A program made the translations under genes and the position numbers. From Deltaproteobacteria bacterium (lineage in GTDB: Bacteria > Myxococcota_A > Polyangia > Fen-1088): 64,000 bases of DNA. Below the pieces are notes generated by a model. It did no database searches, was not told the DNA's origin, and was given only the letters and a program-made list of their open reading frames with translations. This document shows positions 48,137 through 58,630 of this stretch, piece by piece (position 1 is the stretch's first letter; the number at the start of each line of letters is the position of its first letter). The stretch lies in the NCBI GenBank assembly GCA_033763315.1, contig JANRKS010000002.1:64001-128000 (forward strand). Direction: 5' to 3'.

Positions 48137-49285
48137 GTGAGCATCTCTTCCAAATTAGTCACGGCGGCGTTGGTGGGAACCGCTTTGCCCACCGTGGGGG
48201 GCATCGTGGGGTTCGTGATGCTTACGCGAGCCAGTGATGTTCCACCCATGTTCTTGTGGGGCGGTCTGGCGGCTTTGGCCCTAGGTGCTTTTGTTGGCGG
48301 CGCGGTGGTGTTGTCTATGGTGCAAAAGGTTTCGTTGCGGATCGAAAGCCTGCGCGAATCGGTACATGAATTGGCCGGCACGCCCAAGAACTTGACCAAA
48401 CGCGCAGCCGTTGACGAGGCTGACGACATTGGCAGCGCCGCCGAATCGCTTAACACGTTTGTATCGGACGTGCAGGGCGTCGTTTCGTCCATCGGCAATG
48501 GTCTGTCGTCGCTCGATGACATTTCCGAGCGCATTCGTTCGGCGAGCGAGGTGTTGGCCCGCAACGCAGGCGCCGTATCCATATCCGCCCAAACTGTTTC
48601 GGCGTCCGCCACCGAGATGCGTGGCAACGTGCAAACGGCCGCCGAAGGAACTTCGCAACTTGAAGCCAGCATCCGCGAGGTGGCTCGCAGCGCCGCACGC
48701 GCTTCCACAATCGTTCACCACGCCAGCGCCGTGACAAAGGAAGCGGCGGCCACGATATCGAAGTTGGGGAAAAGTGGTGAAGAAATCGGCGTCATCATGG
48801 CGGCGATCAATGAGATCACCGAACAAACCAATCTGCTTGCCTTGAACGCCACGATTGAAGCGGCTCGGGCGGGTGAAGCAGGCAAAGGGTTTGCGGTGGT
48901 TGCATCGGAGGTAAAGGAATTGGCGCGCCAAACCGCAGAATCCACGGATGACATCGCCCGTCGTGTCGCAGCCATGCAGGAAAATGTGGCGGGGGCCGTG
49001 GCAGCGATCGACCGCATCGAGCGGGTGATCGGCGAAGTGAGTGAAGCTTCAACGTCGATTGCCGCTGCGGTGGAAGAGCAATCGGCCGCCACCGCCGAGA
49101 TCGGGCGAAACGTTAGTCAGCTCGCCGATGCCGCCAATCTGATCGCCACGGAAATCGAAGGCTTTGCATCTGTTGCGGTACACGTGGCAGACAGCAGCCA
49201 ATCGGCCAACGGAGCGGCGCAGTCATTGGCGTCCATCTCTGGCGAACTGAAAACAGCAGTTTCGCGTTTTCAACGAGCGGCCTAG
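48137..49285 (+). CDS. Methyl-accepting chemotaxis protein lacking a periplasmic sensor domain
   Basis: Two TMs with a short loop, [35 protein letters not shown]. Confidence 0.92.
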   Translation: MSISSKLVTAALVGTALPTVGGIVGFVMLTRASDVPPMFLWGGLAALALGAFVGGAVVLSMVQKVSLRIESLRESVHELAGTPKNLTKRAAVDEADDIGSAAESLNTFVSDVQGVVSSIGNGLSSLDDISERIRSASEVLARNAGAVSISAQTVSASATEMRGNVQTAAEGTSQLEASIREVARSAARASTIVHHASAVTKEAAATISKLGKSGEEIGVIMAAINEITEQTNLLALNATIEAARAGEAGKGFAVVASEVKELARQTAESTDDIARRVAAMQENVAGAVAAIDRIERVIGEVSEASTSIAAAVEEQSAATAEIGRNVSQLADAANLIATEIEGFASVAVHVADSSQSANGAAQSLASISGELKTAVSRFQRAA

Positions 49286-49327
49286 GCCTTCGCATGAACA
49301 CTTGGTTGGTTTTGCGGACGACAAGGG

Positions 49328-49789
49328 ATGGCTTTCATGCTGGCGGGTAGCCCAGTGTCGCAACTTGACGAAAAGAAGCTGGTCAGTTGCGTGTCGGACG
49401 TAACTGCGGCCATCTGCGGCATTAAGTTTATGCCCGGCAGCCTCGTGGAAGGAGACGCGTGGATCGCGGCGTGTTTGCCCATCAAAGGCGGCGTGCCCAT
49501 CACCATCGCCCTGTTGAGCGATGAGAGCTGCTCCCGCGCTTTGGCCGCCGGCATGTTGCAGATGGAGCCACACGACCTCGATCGTTTGTTGATTGAGGAC
49601 ACTCTGCGAGAAATTCTGAACATGGTAGCCGGTCAGGTGAAGACGGCGCTCAATCTAGATCAAGCGCTGGGCTTGCCCACGATCGTTGCCCCCGCTGAAC
49701 TGAACAACCGGCTCGCCAATGGCTCAAGGCGCATTGGCTTAGCGTCGGGCCCCTTATCGCTGATGTTGGCTTTGGCCCCAGGACCGTAA
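49328..49789 (+). CDS. CheX-like phosphatase
   Basis: REILNMVAG, LGLPTIV. Confidence 0.7.
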   Translation: MAFMLAGSPVSQLDEKKLVSCVSDVTAAICGIKFMPGSLVEGDAWIAACLPIKGGVPITIALLSDESCSRALAAGMLQMEPHDLDRLLIEDTLREILNMVAGQVKTALNLDQALGLPTIVAPAELNNRLANGSRRIGLASGPLSLMLALAPGP

Positions 49790-49806
49790 CTTTAGAGGAC
49801 GTACAC

Positions 49807-50994
49807 ATGCCATGCATCTTGACAGTTGATGATAGTCGCGCGATCCGCATGATCGTCTCCCGCGTCGTGCAGGAGATGGGCTTCGAGGTCGACGAAGCGG
49901 AAGACGGCTTGCAGGGTCTATCCCATCTTGAAGAGATGGAATATGCGCTCGTCGTTTTGGACGTGACGATGCCGAACCTCGATGGCCCCGGCATGCTTGC
50001 CAAGATGCGCGAGGCGGGTAACGCCACGCCTGTGCTGATGCTGACTTCGGAATCCAAACGCTCAATCATCGCCGACGTCATGAAGAACAAAATTGAGGAT
50101 TACATCCTCAAACCGTTCAAAAATGACGAACTCAAGGCCAAGATTCTGAAGATTCTAAAGCAAAAGGATCCCGGCATTTTGTCGAGCCTTGGCACCGCCC
50201 AGCCCGAGCCTTCTCGTGGCGTGTCATCGTCGGAGCGCGAAGCGATGGGGGTTTCGGCCGCGTCACCGGACGCTGGCGCACGCCAGTTCGGCGATATCTT
50301 GGTCATCGACGACATGGAGAACGTGGCCAAGAAGCTGCGGACTTTGATCCCCCAACACTTTTCGTTGTCGACGGCGCTGAACGGGCAGGCGGGCCTCAAG
50401 ATCTGCCGCGAAAAAACCTTCCGTCTCATCTTGATCGACCGCGAATTGCCAGACGTTCAGGGCGCGGTGCTGCTCAAACAACTGCGCGTGCTGCAACCGG
50501 GCACGGCATGCTTTGCGATGGCTCTGAAGAGCTCGAACAATCTGGCCCAAGAGGTCAAAGATGAAGGCTTTGACGACTTGCTCGCCAAGCCGTTTACGGG
50601 TGAAGCTGTTGATGAGATGCTGGGGCGCTTCTTTGATGGTCAAGAGCTTGTGACGCGCGAAGAAAACGTCCTTGCTGTTTCGGCCTTCGTTGGCAAGGAA
50701 GATCGCCTCGACCGATATTTCACGCGCGTCAAGCGCCTGATGAAAGACTCGGTGCAGGAGATCGCCGAAGCATGCTTCGAGACGATTATCATTGACGCCA
50801 CAAAAATGCCTGTGGACATGCAACGCAACGTTCAAGTCGTGCAAGAATTGGCCGAAGCCAGTAAGAAGCTTGGTCTCTCAGTTTGTCTGGTGGGGCCGGC
50901 CGAAATCAAAAAGAGTTTGGAATTGTTTGAGGAGACGGCCGGCGTACAGGTGTATTCAACGTTGTCGGAAGCTCGCGCCAGCATGGATGCCTAG
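49807..50994 (+). CDS. Tandem receiver protein with a C-terminal STAS-like domain
   Basis: Two REC domains (LDVTMP, IDRELP), C-terminal IIIDAT...VCLVG...YSTLSEA. Confidence 0.8.
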   Translation: MPCILTVDDSRAIRMIVSRVVQEMGFEVDEAEDGLQGLSHLEEMEYALVVLDVTMPNLDGPGMLAKMREAGNATPVLMLTSESKRSIIADVMKNKIEDYILKPFKNDELKAKILKILKQKDPGILSSLGTAQPEPSRGVSSSEREAMGVSAASPDAGARQFGDILVIDDMENVAKKLRTLIPQHFSLSTALNGQAGLKICREKTFRLILIDRELPDVQGAVLLKQLRVLQPGTACFAMALKSSNNLAQEVKDEGFDDLLAKPFTGEAVDEMLGRFFDGQELVTREENVLAVSAFVGKEDRLDRYFTRVKRLMKDSVQEIAEACFETIIIDATKMPVDMQRNVQVVQELAEASKKLGLSVCLVGPAEIKKSLELFEETAGVQVYSTLSEARASMDA

Positions 50995-51003
50995 GAGTCA
51001 CGG

Positions 51004-51897
51004 ATGCCGCAACCAGGAACAGCAAATGACTCTGATGCCGCCGCTCGCGTGGCGGCGCAGCTTGAGCAGATCGCGCTTGCTCGCATTGAGCAAGACAGGC
51101 TGGCGTTGCCCGCTTTGCCGCAAGTGGCCACCAAGAGTCTGGAGATCTTGCGCAAGAACGACTTTAGCGCCAAGAAGGTCACTGACCTTATCGAAACCGA
51201 TCCCATTTTGGCGGTCCGTATCCTTCGCACCGCCAACAGCGCGGCGTTTGGCGCGCGTCAACCCATCACCAACATTCAGCACGCCGTCACCTATTTGGGT
51301 GCGAACAAGCTCAAGACCGTTTTGATGGAAGCGGCCGCGCGGCCAATCTTTGAATCGCGCGACTCGCGCATCGCCGAAGCAACCAAAGGCTTGTGGGATC
51401 ATTCCATCGGCGTCGCCATTTTGGCGCGTGATCTATCCGTGCTTATGGGCGTGGGCGATCCCGAAGACGCGTATTTGGCGGGTTTGCTTCACGATGTGGG
51501 CAAGCCTGTTTTGGCAACGCTATTGCTTGAGGCCGAGAACATCATGGCCTTGCGATCCACAAAAGAGTGGATGGATTCGGCGGTTTGGGTGGACACGTTA
51601 CAGAAGAGCCATCGCAAGGTGGGCGTGGCCGTGGCCAAGCGCTGGACGGTGCCTGAAAAGGCCATCCAAGCGATTGCCGATTGCGGCGACTACGATTCAA
51701 CGGACCGAACTTCGGCGGCAAATCTTGTGCGTTTTGCCAACGCCATCACGAAGCGTGTTGGTCTTTACGTCGGTAAGGTGGACAGCGACGAAGTCGAAAC
51801 GCTTATCATGATCGGCCGATCGCTCTTGGGGCTCGACGACGAAGGGCTCACACGGTTGGCGACGGGCTTGATCGATCGCGTGCGCGGCCGAGGCTAA
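51004..51897 (+). CDS. HDOD-domain protein
   Basis: LPALPQVA, DPILAVRILRTANSA, LWDHS, GLLHDVGK. Confidence 0.9.
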   Translation: MPQPGTANDSDAAARVAAQLEQIALARIEQDRLALPALPQVATKSLEILRKNDFSAKKVTDLIETDPILAVRILRTANSAAFGARQPITNIQHAVTYLGANKLKTVLMEAAARPIFESRDSRIAEATKGLWDHSIGVAILARDLSVLMGVGDPEDAYLAGLLHDVGKPVLATLLLEAENIMALRSTKEWMDSAVWVDTLQKSHRKVGVAVAKRWTVPEKAIQAIADCGDYDSTDRTSAANLVRFANAITKRVGLYVGKVDSDEVETLIMIGRSLLGLDDEGLTRLATGLIDRVRGRG

Positions 51898-52349
51898 AGC
51901 CCCGCTGCGCGCGAGGCGGTGTCCAGCACCGTAACCCTCACCAGTGCCTGGCCCACGGGAACGTCCACGCTGGCGAGCTGCCCAACGGAGGGGAATACAC
52001 CTGAGGCGCCTTGCTCGGGAACGCTGGGCAACGACATCTGCGCTTGCCCCAAGATGCCCTTTATGTTGCCCGCGATCATGTTCGCAAATTCGTGAACCGC
52101 GTCCTGAGCTTCATCCAATGACGGCGCTTGGTCGCCCGACATGTACATGCGACGAGCCAGCTCAAGGGCCAAGCCTGTGCTGCATTTGACAGCGATCATG
52201 CCTTCGAATCCGCCCTTGAGCGCGACGCTGCTGCGCACAAATGTGTCACCCTTGTCGTTGAGTTCATGACTGACCGTTATCGAAAGCGATTCAAAGATCG
52301 TTTCCACCAACGCAGCAACTTGCTCGTTCAAGGATGTCGCACTTGTCAT
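51894..52349 (-). CDS. cheX: Chemotaxis phosphatase CheX
   Basis: DAVHEFANMIAGNIK, MSLPSV. Last gene of the che operon. Confidence 0.8.
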   Translation of the reverse strand: MTSATSLNEQVAALVETIFESLSITVSHELNDKGDTFVRSSVALKGGFEGMIAVKCSTGLALELARRMYMSGDQAPSLDEAQDAVHEFANMIAGNIKGILGQAQMSLPSVPEQGASGVFPSVGQLASVDVPVGQALVRVTVLDTASRAAGL

Positions 52350-52351
52350 GG

Positions 52352-53179
52352 CTAACTTCTTCCTGCCAGCTTGTAAGCGATGGAGCGGCCAACGGTAACG
52401 CTCGTGAATGTATCAGTCACACCAATGAGTGACTCGGAAGCGCCCAAGAACACCACGCCGTCTGGGCGCACGTGAGCCACCAGCCTGTCCATGATCAGAC
52501 GCCGCGTGGCCGTGCTGAAGTAGATGAGGACGTTTCGAAGGAACACGATGTCTAACGACGGCAAACCTGACCACGGGGCCACGAGGTTCAATTGCCGCCA
52601 CGAAATTGCGTTGCGCAGATAATCCTTGGCGCGCCAACCGTCGGTGGTTCGCTCAAAGTGTTTCACCATCAACTGGGCCGGCAGGCCACGGCCTATCTCA
52701 ACTTGATTGAACACACCTTCGCGCGCCCGATCGAGGATCGACGTTGCGACATCTGTGGCCATAATGTCGATCTGCCAGGAGGCCAGTTGCGGAAAATGCT
52801 CGCGCACCAACATGGCGATGCTGTAGGGCTCCTGGCCTGTTGAACAGGCCGCGCACCAAATGTTGATCCGGCGTTCGCTGCTGCGTGCGGCGATGAGCGC
52901 AGGTATGACGTGGTGTTTGAGTGCCTCAAACGGATGTACATCACGAAAGAAGCTCGTCTCGTTGGTTGTCATGGCTTCAACCGACGCCAGGGCCTCGGCC
53001 CCGTCTGGATGAAGCCTGCACTGAGTCACCAGATCTGAGAGATCCTTGAGGTTGAACTTGCGCGCGACAGGCAGCAAGCGCGACTCCGCAAGATACGCCT
53101 GCCTGTCGTCAAGCACGATCGAGGTGCGCTTGAGAACCAACTCCCTCACGAAGTCGAAGTCTGCTCGCAGAAGGCTCAC
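52352..53179 (-). CDS. cheR: Chemotaxis methyltransferase CheR
   Basis: TTNETSFFRD, WCAACSTGQEPYS, RNVLIYF. Confidence 0.95.
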   Translation of the reverse strand: MSLLRADFDFVRELVLKRTSIVLDDRQAYLAESRLLPVARKFNLKDLSDLVTQCRLHPDGAEALASVEAMTTNETSFFRDVHPFEALKHHVIPALIAARSSERRINIWCAACSTGQEPYSIAMLVREHFPQLASWQIDIMATDVATSILDRAREGVFNQVEIGRGLPAQLMVKHFERTTDGWRAKDYLRNAISWRQLNLVAPWSGLPSLDIVFLRNVLIYFSTATRRLIMDRLVAHVRPDGVVFLGASESLIGVTDTFTSVTVGRSIAYKLAGRS

Positions 53180-54276
53180 GGCGTCCTCCGGTGCGTCGGC
53201 AACCCGCCGCGGAGGGTCGACTCATGCACCTTTGTCAGCTCTGCCGCGATGGCATCCAATGGCAACACACGGCACGCATGGCCCGCCCGCAGCACAGCGC
53301 TTGGCATGCCCCACACCACGGAGCTGGCTTCATCTTGAACCCACACGCTGCCCCCGCCGGCCACTGCGGCGCCGCATCCTTTCGTGCCGTCGGCGCCAAG
53401 TCCCGTCATGATGATGGTCAGAAGATGGCTGCCGTAGTGCCGCGCCGCTGAACGCAGCAAAACATCAACTGAAGGGCGGCAGCCATTTTCAGGGGCGTTC
53501 TTGTCGAGCACCGTTCGCAGCTGACCATGGGCGTCTGCGGCCAACGTCATGTGTTGATCACCGGGTGCAAGCAGCACCACGCCGGGTTTGATGACCTCGC
53601 CTCCAGTGGCTTCTTGAACCTTCAGCTTGCCTGTGCTGCTCAGCCGCTCGGCCATCATCTTGGTGAACGTGGCCGGCATGTGTTGCACGATGAGGAGCGG
53701 GACGCTGAAGTTGGCCGGCAAGAACGGGATGACCTGTGCCAAAGCCACGGGGCCGCCCGTGGAGATGCCAATCACGATGAGGCCGACAGGCGCTTGTGAT
53801 GGCGCGGCCAACATCGGCTGCGCGGTTGGACCCGCGATCGCCTTGCGCCCGGATTCTGTGGCAGAGTCGCTTGAGCGGCGTGTGGCAAGCGCCACCACCT
53901 TTGGCACGAGCAGGTCGCGCAGCAGCTCGCGTGATTTATCGATGCCGCCACCCGTGGGCTTGCTGAGGTAATCAGAGGCGCCAAGCGCCAAGGCGTCCAG
54001 CGTGGCTCTGGCGCCGCGGTCGCTCAAGGTGGAGAACACAACGACGGGCAGGCGGCTGTTGCGTTTGCGCAGCTCACGGAGCACGCCGAAGCCGTCGAGG
54101 TTGGGCATCTCAAGGTCAAGCACCATGACGTGCGGGTTAAATGTGGTGACCTTTTCAAGCGCGGCAATGCCATCTTGAGCGGAAGCTGTGGTGATGTTGG
54201 GTTCACGCCCGAGCTCGTCGCAAAGAACCTTACGAATGACCAGCGAGTCGTCGACGACGAGGACGCGTATGCTCAT
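53176..54276 (-). CDS. cheB: Chemotaxis methylesterase CheB
   Basis: REC, GISTGGP, VQHMP, RPSVD, MTGLGADG. Confidence 0.95.
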   Translation of the reverse strand: MSIRVLVVDDSLVIRKVLCDELGREPNITTASAQDGIAALEKVTTFNPHVMVLDLEMPNLDGFGVLRELRKRNSRLPVVVFSTLSDRGARATLDALALGASDYLSKPTGGGIDKSRELLRDLLVPKVVALATRRSSDSATESGRKAIAGPTAQPMLAAPSQAPVGLIVIGISTGGPVALAQVIPFLPANFSVPLLIVQHMPATFTKMMAERLSSTGKLKVQEATGGEVIKPGVVLLAPGDQHMTLAADAHGQLRTVLDKNAPENGCRPSVDVLLRSAARHYGSHLLTIIMTGLGADGTKGCGAAVAGGGSVWVQDEASSVVWGMPSAVLRAGHACRVLPLDAIAAELTKVHESTLRGGLPTHRRTP

Positions 54277-54277
54277 G

Positions 54278-54652
54278 TCAGGCGTCCAATAGCCCCATCA
54301 GAACCAATTTTTCCCTGAAGCCATCTCGGCTAAAAGGCTTGATGAGATATTCATCCGCGCCTGCGTCGAGGGCGTCCAGGATCTTGTTGGCCTCCGCTTC
54401 GGTGGTGACCATCATCATGCGAACGGCGGCGTGAGCGGGGTTCTGCCGTACGATCTTCAAGAATGAGAAGCCGTCCATTTCGGGCATGTTCCAGTCAATC
54501 AGTGCCACGTCTAGCGGCAACGAGCGCGCGAACACCTCCAGCGCTTCGCGGCCATTCCCCGCCTCAGCGACGACGTCAATCCCCAGCTTGTTCAAGAAAT
54601 TGCGCAGCATGCTCCGCATGGCTCGCGAGTCGTCTATGATCATTGCCCGCAT
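54278..54652 (-). CDS. cheY: CheY-like response regulator
   Basis: IIDDS, IDWNMPEMDG, KPF. Confidence 0.88.
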   Translation of the reverse strand: MRAMIIDDSRAMRSMLRNFLNKLGIDVVAEAGNGREALEVFARSLPLDVALIDWNMPEMDGFSFLKIVRQNPAHAAVRMMMVTTEAEANKILDALDAGADEYLIKPFSRDGFREKLVLMGLLDA

Positions 54653-54669
54653 CTGACCGGTTCGCTCCC

Positions 54670-55830
54670 TCAATACGCAAATTGCGAAAGCACCTTCTTG
54701 AGCCCGTCTGCCATGCGGGTAATCTCGTCAGCGGCACGGCGCGTGTCGGCCGCGCCCGACGACGTGCTTCGCGCGGCATCCGCCACACCGGCGATGTTGC
54801 TGCTGATCTCTTGCGTGCTACGCGCTCCATCACCCAGCGTATGCGCGATCTCTGAAGCGATGGACCGTTGCTCCTCTAAGGCTGTGCTGATCGCGCTTTG
54901 CATGTCGTTGACGCCGGAAATAACCGCCTTGATGTCACCGATGGCGGCGACGGCAGATTGTGTGTCACCGCGGATGGCTTCAATCTTCCGCGCGATGTCC
55001 GCCGTGGCGCGCGCCGTTTCGTTGGCGAGTTCCTTTACTTCATTTGCTACGACCGCAAAGCCACGTCCCGCGTCGCCTGCGCGCGCGGCTTCGATGGTGG
55101 CATTGAGTGCCAAAAGGTTGGTTTGCTCCGCGATGCTGTTGATGATGCGAACGATTTTGCCAATGTCAGCGCTAGAATCGCCCAAACGTCGAATGGCGCC
55201 ACTGGCTGATTCCACAGCCTTAACCGCTTGCATGGAGGCGCCCGTCGCTTTGGAGCTGTTGTCCGAAACCTCCTGAACAGACGCCTTCATCTGATCGGTT
55301 GCGCCCGCCACAGATGTCACATTCCGCATCACTTGCGCCGAGGCGGCCGTCACCACGTTGGCCTGCGCGGCGGTTTCTTCGGCATTGGCGCTCATCTGCT
55401 CGCTCACCATCCGCAGTTCGTCCGCGGCTAGTGTCAATGTGTCGCTTTGCGACTTGACCTTCAAAAGTGTGCTTCGCAATGTCTCAACCGTTTGGTTGAT
55501 GGAGTTCGCTAAGTCCGAGAGCTCGTTCTGATCCGCGTTGTTAAGCCGTGCGGTCAGATCGTTGTTCGCCACGGCTTCAAGTACGCGTTGGGCTTCCTTG
55601 ATCGGCAAATCGAACGAACGAACGATTCCCCCGGCCACGGAACGGGCAAGTACGAAGAACGCGATCGCGGTGGCAGAGCAGATCACGACGGGCATAACGA
55701 GGCTCCGCCCCGCCGCGGCCTCGCGAAACGCGAAGAATGCAATTGCGGTTTGAGCCCCAAGGCCCACAAGCGTGACCGAGGTGACTCGTGAGAGCCCGCG
55801 GCGGATGGAGCTACTGGTGTTTGAAGGCAT
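54670..55830 (-). CDS. Methyl-accepting chemotaxis protein lacking a periplasmic sensor domain
   Basis: Two TMs with a short loop, [35 protein letters not shown]. Confidence 0.92.
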   Translation of the reverse strand: MPSNTSSSIRRGLSRVTSVTLVGLGAQTAIAFFAFREAAAGRSLVMPVVICSATAIAFFVLARSVAGGIVRSFDLPIKEAQRVLEAVANNDLTARLNNADQNELSDLANSINQTVETLRSTLLKVKSQSDTLTLAADELRMVSEQMSANAEETAAQANVVTAASAQVMRNVTSVAGATDQMKASVQEVSDNSSKATGASMQAVKAVESASGAIRRLGDSSADIGKIVRIINSIAEQTNLLALNATIEAARAGDAGRGFAVVANEVKELANETARATADIARKIEAIRGDTQSAVAAIGDIKAVISGVNDMQSAISTALEEQRSIASEIAHTLGDGARSTQEISSNIAGVADAARSTSSGAADTRRAADEITRMADGLKKVLSQFAY

Positions 55831-55856
55831 CGAACGGCTCTCTCTTCCCTAGGTGG

Positions 55857-56288
55857 TCAAAGTTCCGAAGCGTCCATGGCGCGAACGGCGTCGAGAACCA
55901 GCAACAAGCGCTTTTCTAGTTTGAAGGCGCCGCGTAGCAAGCGGCGGCCCTCGCCTTGGAGGGTCTCGGGAATGGGTTCGAAATCCTCCGAAGGAACCTC
56001 AATCACGTCTGCAACCCGATCAACCAAGAAGCTGACCAACCCGTCCTGACCACGCAGCAAGACGTTGAACGACTTTTTGCCAGGTGGCAGCGGTGCAAAC
56101 CCAAAGCGATGTCGCAAATCGACCACCGGCACGATTTGTCCACGTAGGTTCATCAAGCCCTTGATCGCTGGTGGCGCCAGCGGAACTTGGGTGAGAGGCT
56201 GTTGCCTCAACACCTCTTGCACCCGCAGCGCGTCTACGGCGAGGAAATACGAATCCAAGTAGAACGTGCAGAGCTGTTCCATGGTCAA
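55857..56288 (-). CDS. cheW: CheW
   Basis: VQEV, GLMNLRGQIVPVVDLR, LLLVLD. Confidence 0.93.
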   Translation of the reverse strand: MTMEQLCTFYLDSYFLAVDALRVQEVLRQQPLTQVPLAPPAIKGLMNLRGQIVPVVDLRHRFGFAPLPPGKKSFNVLLRGQDGLVSFLVDRVADVIEVPSEDFEPIPETLQGEGRRLLRGAFKLEKRLLLVLDAVRAMDASEL

Positions 56289-58495
56289 GCCGACTTCAGC
56301 AGTGAACGGGCTTGCTCTTCTCCAAGCACCGCGGACAAAACATAGTCAAGGTCAAGGATCTCGGCGATGCGTGACTGAAGGATCAATGTGCCAGCCACAC
56401 CCGGCCGTGTGCCCGCATGTTGCAACGTCACGGGGCCTTCAACGATGTCCAGGATGTCGGCCACCACAAGCCCCATATAGGCACCTGGGCGACCGAACAC
56501 GATGACGTTGGCTTCGTTGTTGCTCGCCTCCGGCGCGTCGCTGCGGGGGCGTGAGCGCCGTTCAATAACCACGCGCTCAACCGGCACCACGGGCATGATG
56601 TCATCGCGGTACTGAATTGCCTCGTGCTCCCCCGATGGCTCCAGCTGATCTGTTCTGATGATCTCAAGGCGCGCCACGCTGGCCAGCGGAATCGCCATTC
56701 GCCCATCGTCGGGCCCGCGGAACAACAAGTATGTGCACCGCTCCTGTGCTGCGAGCACGAGGTCAGATAGCTTTGGCAAAGCCGCGCGTTCGCGGATCTC
56801 GGACACCACATGCCCCCGTTGAGCCAATCCCAATGTGTCCAGGATCAGCGCCACACGGCCGTCCCCCAGGATTGTTGCGCCAGCGAAGATGCCAATGTCT
56901 TTCACCTGCTTCGGCAACGGTTTGACCACGATCTCCTGTTGGCCCGTGACGTTCTCGACCACCAAACCAAACTGGCGGCCGCTGGCTTGCAGCACCACGA
57001 TGTAGAAAGAGGTGCGGCTAACGGAGGAAGGCCTGCCGATCTGTTCGTCGAAGAATATGAGCTGCAACAGCTTGCCGCGCAGGCGGTACACGGGAGCGCC
57101 ATGCACATATTCGATCAGTTGCTCATTGCGACCCTCTTCCACACGCACAAGCTCAAGCAGATTCACCTGAGGAACCGCGAAGCGGTCGGACCCGGAGGCC
57201 ACGAGCAACGCCGGCACGATCGCTAAGGTCAAGGGAATGCGCAGACGGAATGTCGTGCCCTTGCCCAACTGGGTCTCCACTTCAACGGTGCCGCCGATGG
57301 CCTCAACGTTGGTTTTGACAACGTCCATGCCCACGCCACGGCCCGACACGTTCGTCACTTGATCTGCGGTGGAGAACCCGGGCAGGAAGATGAGGCTTGT
57401 GAGCTCCGGCTCGGTGAGCCCTGCCACTTGTTCGGGCGTCACCAGGTTGCGTGCCAAGGCTTTGGCTTTGACTTTGTCGAGTGGGATCCCTGCGCCGTCG
57501 TCGCTCATCTCGATGTTAACTTGGCCACCTTGGTGAAAGGCGCGCACAAGGATGCGCCCTTCGGCGGGCTTGCCTCGCGCCTGACGCACGTCGGGCGGTT
57601 CGATGCCGTGATCCACCGCATTGCGGATGAGGTGGGTGAGGGGATCCTTGATGGCTTCGATGAGCGTCTTGTCGAGCTCGGTGTTCTTGCCCTCCAATTC
57701 AACGCGGACGAGTTTGCGACAGCCACGTGCGAGATCGCGGACGATCCGAGGAAACTTGCTGAACACGCTGTCCACTGGTTGCATGCGCATGCGCATGATT
57801 CCCTCTTGCAGCGCGATCGTGATCAGGTTCAGGCGCTGGGCGGCGGCGGACGACAAGGCGTCAGCGCGCGTGGAGGGCATCTGCATGATCTGATTGCGGG
57901 TCAAGACCAGCTCCCCCGCGAAGTCCATCAGGTGGTCGATCAGCCCCACGTCGACGCGCACCGTTTCGTTGGCAGTGTGACTCTCGTGTTGGGCGGGTGC
58001 GTGTGCGTCCACTGCAATTGGTTCCTCCACCGCCGGCTCGGGCGCGATGTGAACGGGGGCGGGGGGCGCAGCAGGAGCTACGGGTTCGGATCGTTTGATT
58101 TGAACAGCCTCGCCTGCGGCCATCTGGCGCAACGTTTCGGTCAACTCCGAGTAATCCTTGTCGCCGTCGGTGGCACCAACCTCAACCTCATCAAGCATGG
58201 CGCGGATGGCATCAACCATGGCCAACAGGGCGGTGGTCTTCGCGTCGTCCAATCGAATCTCGCCGTCCCGCATGCGGCTGAGCAAGCTTTCACCGGCATG
58301 TGTCAGCGCTTCCAATTTCGTGAAGCCCAAAAAGCCCGACGTTCCCTTCACGGTATGCGCGCAACGAAAGATCCGCGCCAACAGCTCCTTGTCGTCGGGC
58401 GTCTCTTCGAGCGCTACGAGATCGCGGTCCAACTGATCCAAGCCTTCACGACTTTCGACCAGGAACTCGGCGACAATCTCTTGCATTCCGTCCAT
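56285..58495 (-). CDS. cheA: CheA with two C-terminal CheW-like domains
   Basis: IFRCAHTVKG, HLIRNAVDHGIE, VSGRGVGMDVV, PLTLAI, second CheW-like domain. Confidence 0.95.
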   Translation of the reverse strand: MDGMQEIVAEFLVESREGLDQLDRDLVALEETPDDKELLARIFRCAHTVKGTSGFLGFTKLEALTHAGESLLSRMRDGEIRLDDAKTTALLAMVDAIRAMLDEVEVGATDGDKDYSELTETLRQMAAGEAVQIKRSEPVAPAAPPAPVHIAPEPAVEEPIAVDAHAPAQHESHTANETVRVDVGLIDHLMDFAGELVLTRNQIMQMPSTRADALSSAAAQRLNLITIALQEGIMRMRMQPVDSVFSKFPRIVRDLARGCRKLVRVELEGKNTELDKTLIEAIKDPLTHLIRNAVDHGIEPPDVRQARGKPAEGRILVRAFHQGGQVNIEMSDDGAGIPLDKVKAKALARNLVTPEQVAGLTEPELTSLIFLPGFSTADQVTNVSGRGVGMDVVKTNVEAIGGTVEVETQLGKGTTFRLRIPLTLAIVPALLVASGSDRFAVPQVNLLELVRVEEGRNEQLIEYVHGAPVYRLRGKLLQLIFFDEQIGRPSSVSRTSFYIVVLQASGRQFGLVVENVTGQQEIVVKPLPKQVKDIGIFAGATILGDGRVALILDTLGLAQRGHVVSEIRERAALPKLSDLVLAAQERCTYLLFRGPDDGRMAIPLASVARLEIIRTDQLEPSGEHEAIQYRDDIMPVVPVERVVIERRSRPRSDAPEASNNEANVIVFGRPGAYMGLVVADILDIVEGPVTLQHAGTRPGVAGTLILQSRIAEILDLDYVLSAVLGEEQARSLLKSA

Positions 58496-58630
58496 GAAGG
58501 GCGCTTTAACTCCGGGTTATGTATCGGCGGTCTTGGGTCGGTCTTGAGAAGACAAGCCAGGTCCACTGCAGATGCGCGATGCGTTGCGCTTTTTAGCCGA
58601 CCGCCGGGCGCTTTGGTGTATTGTCAGGCC

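Noticed and set aside
57359-58630. 424-aa N-terminal extension of the 1310-aa ORF
   Set aside because: It is mostly the antisense shadow of cheA. The recognisable kinase begins near 58631.
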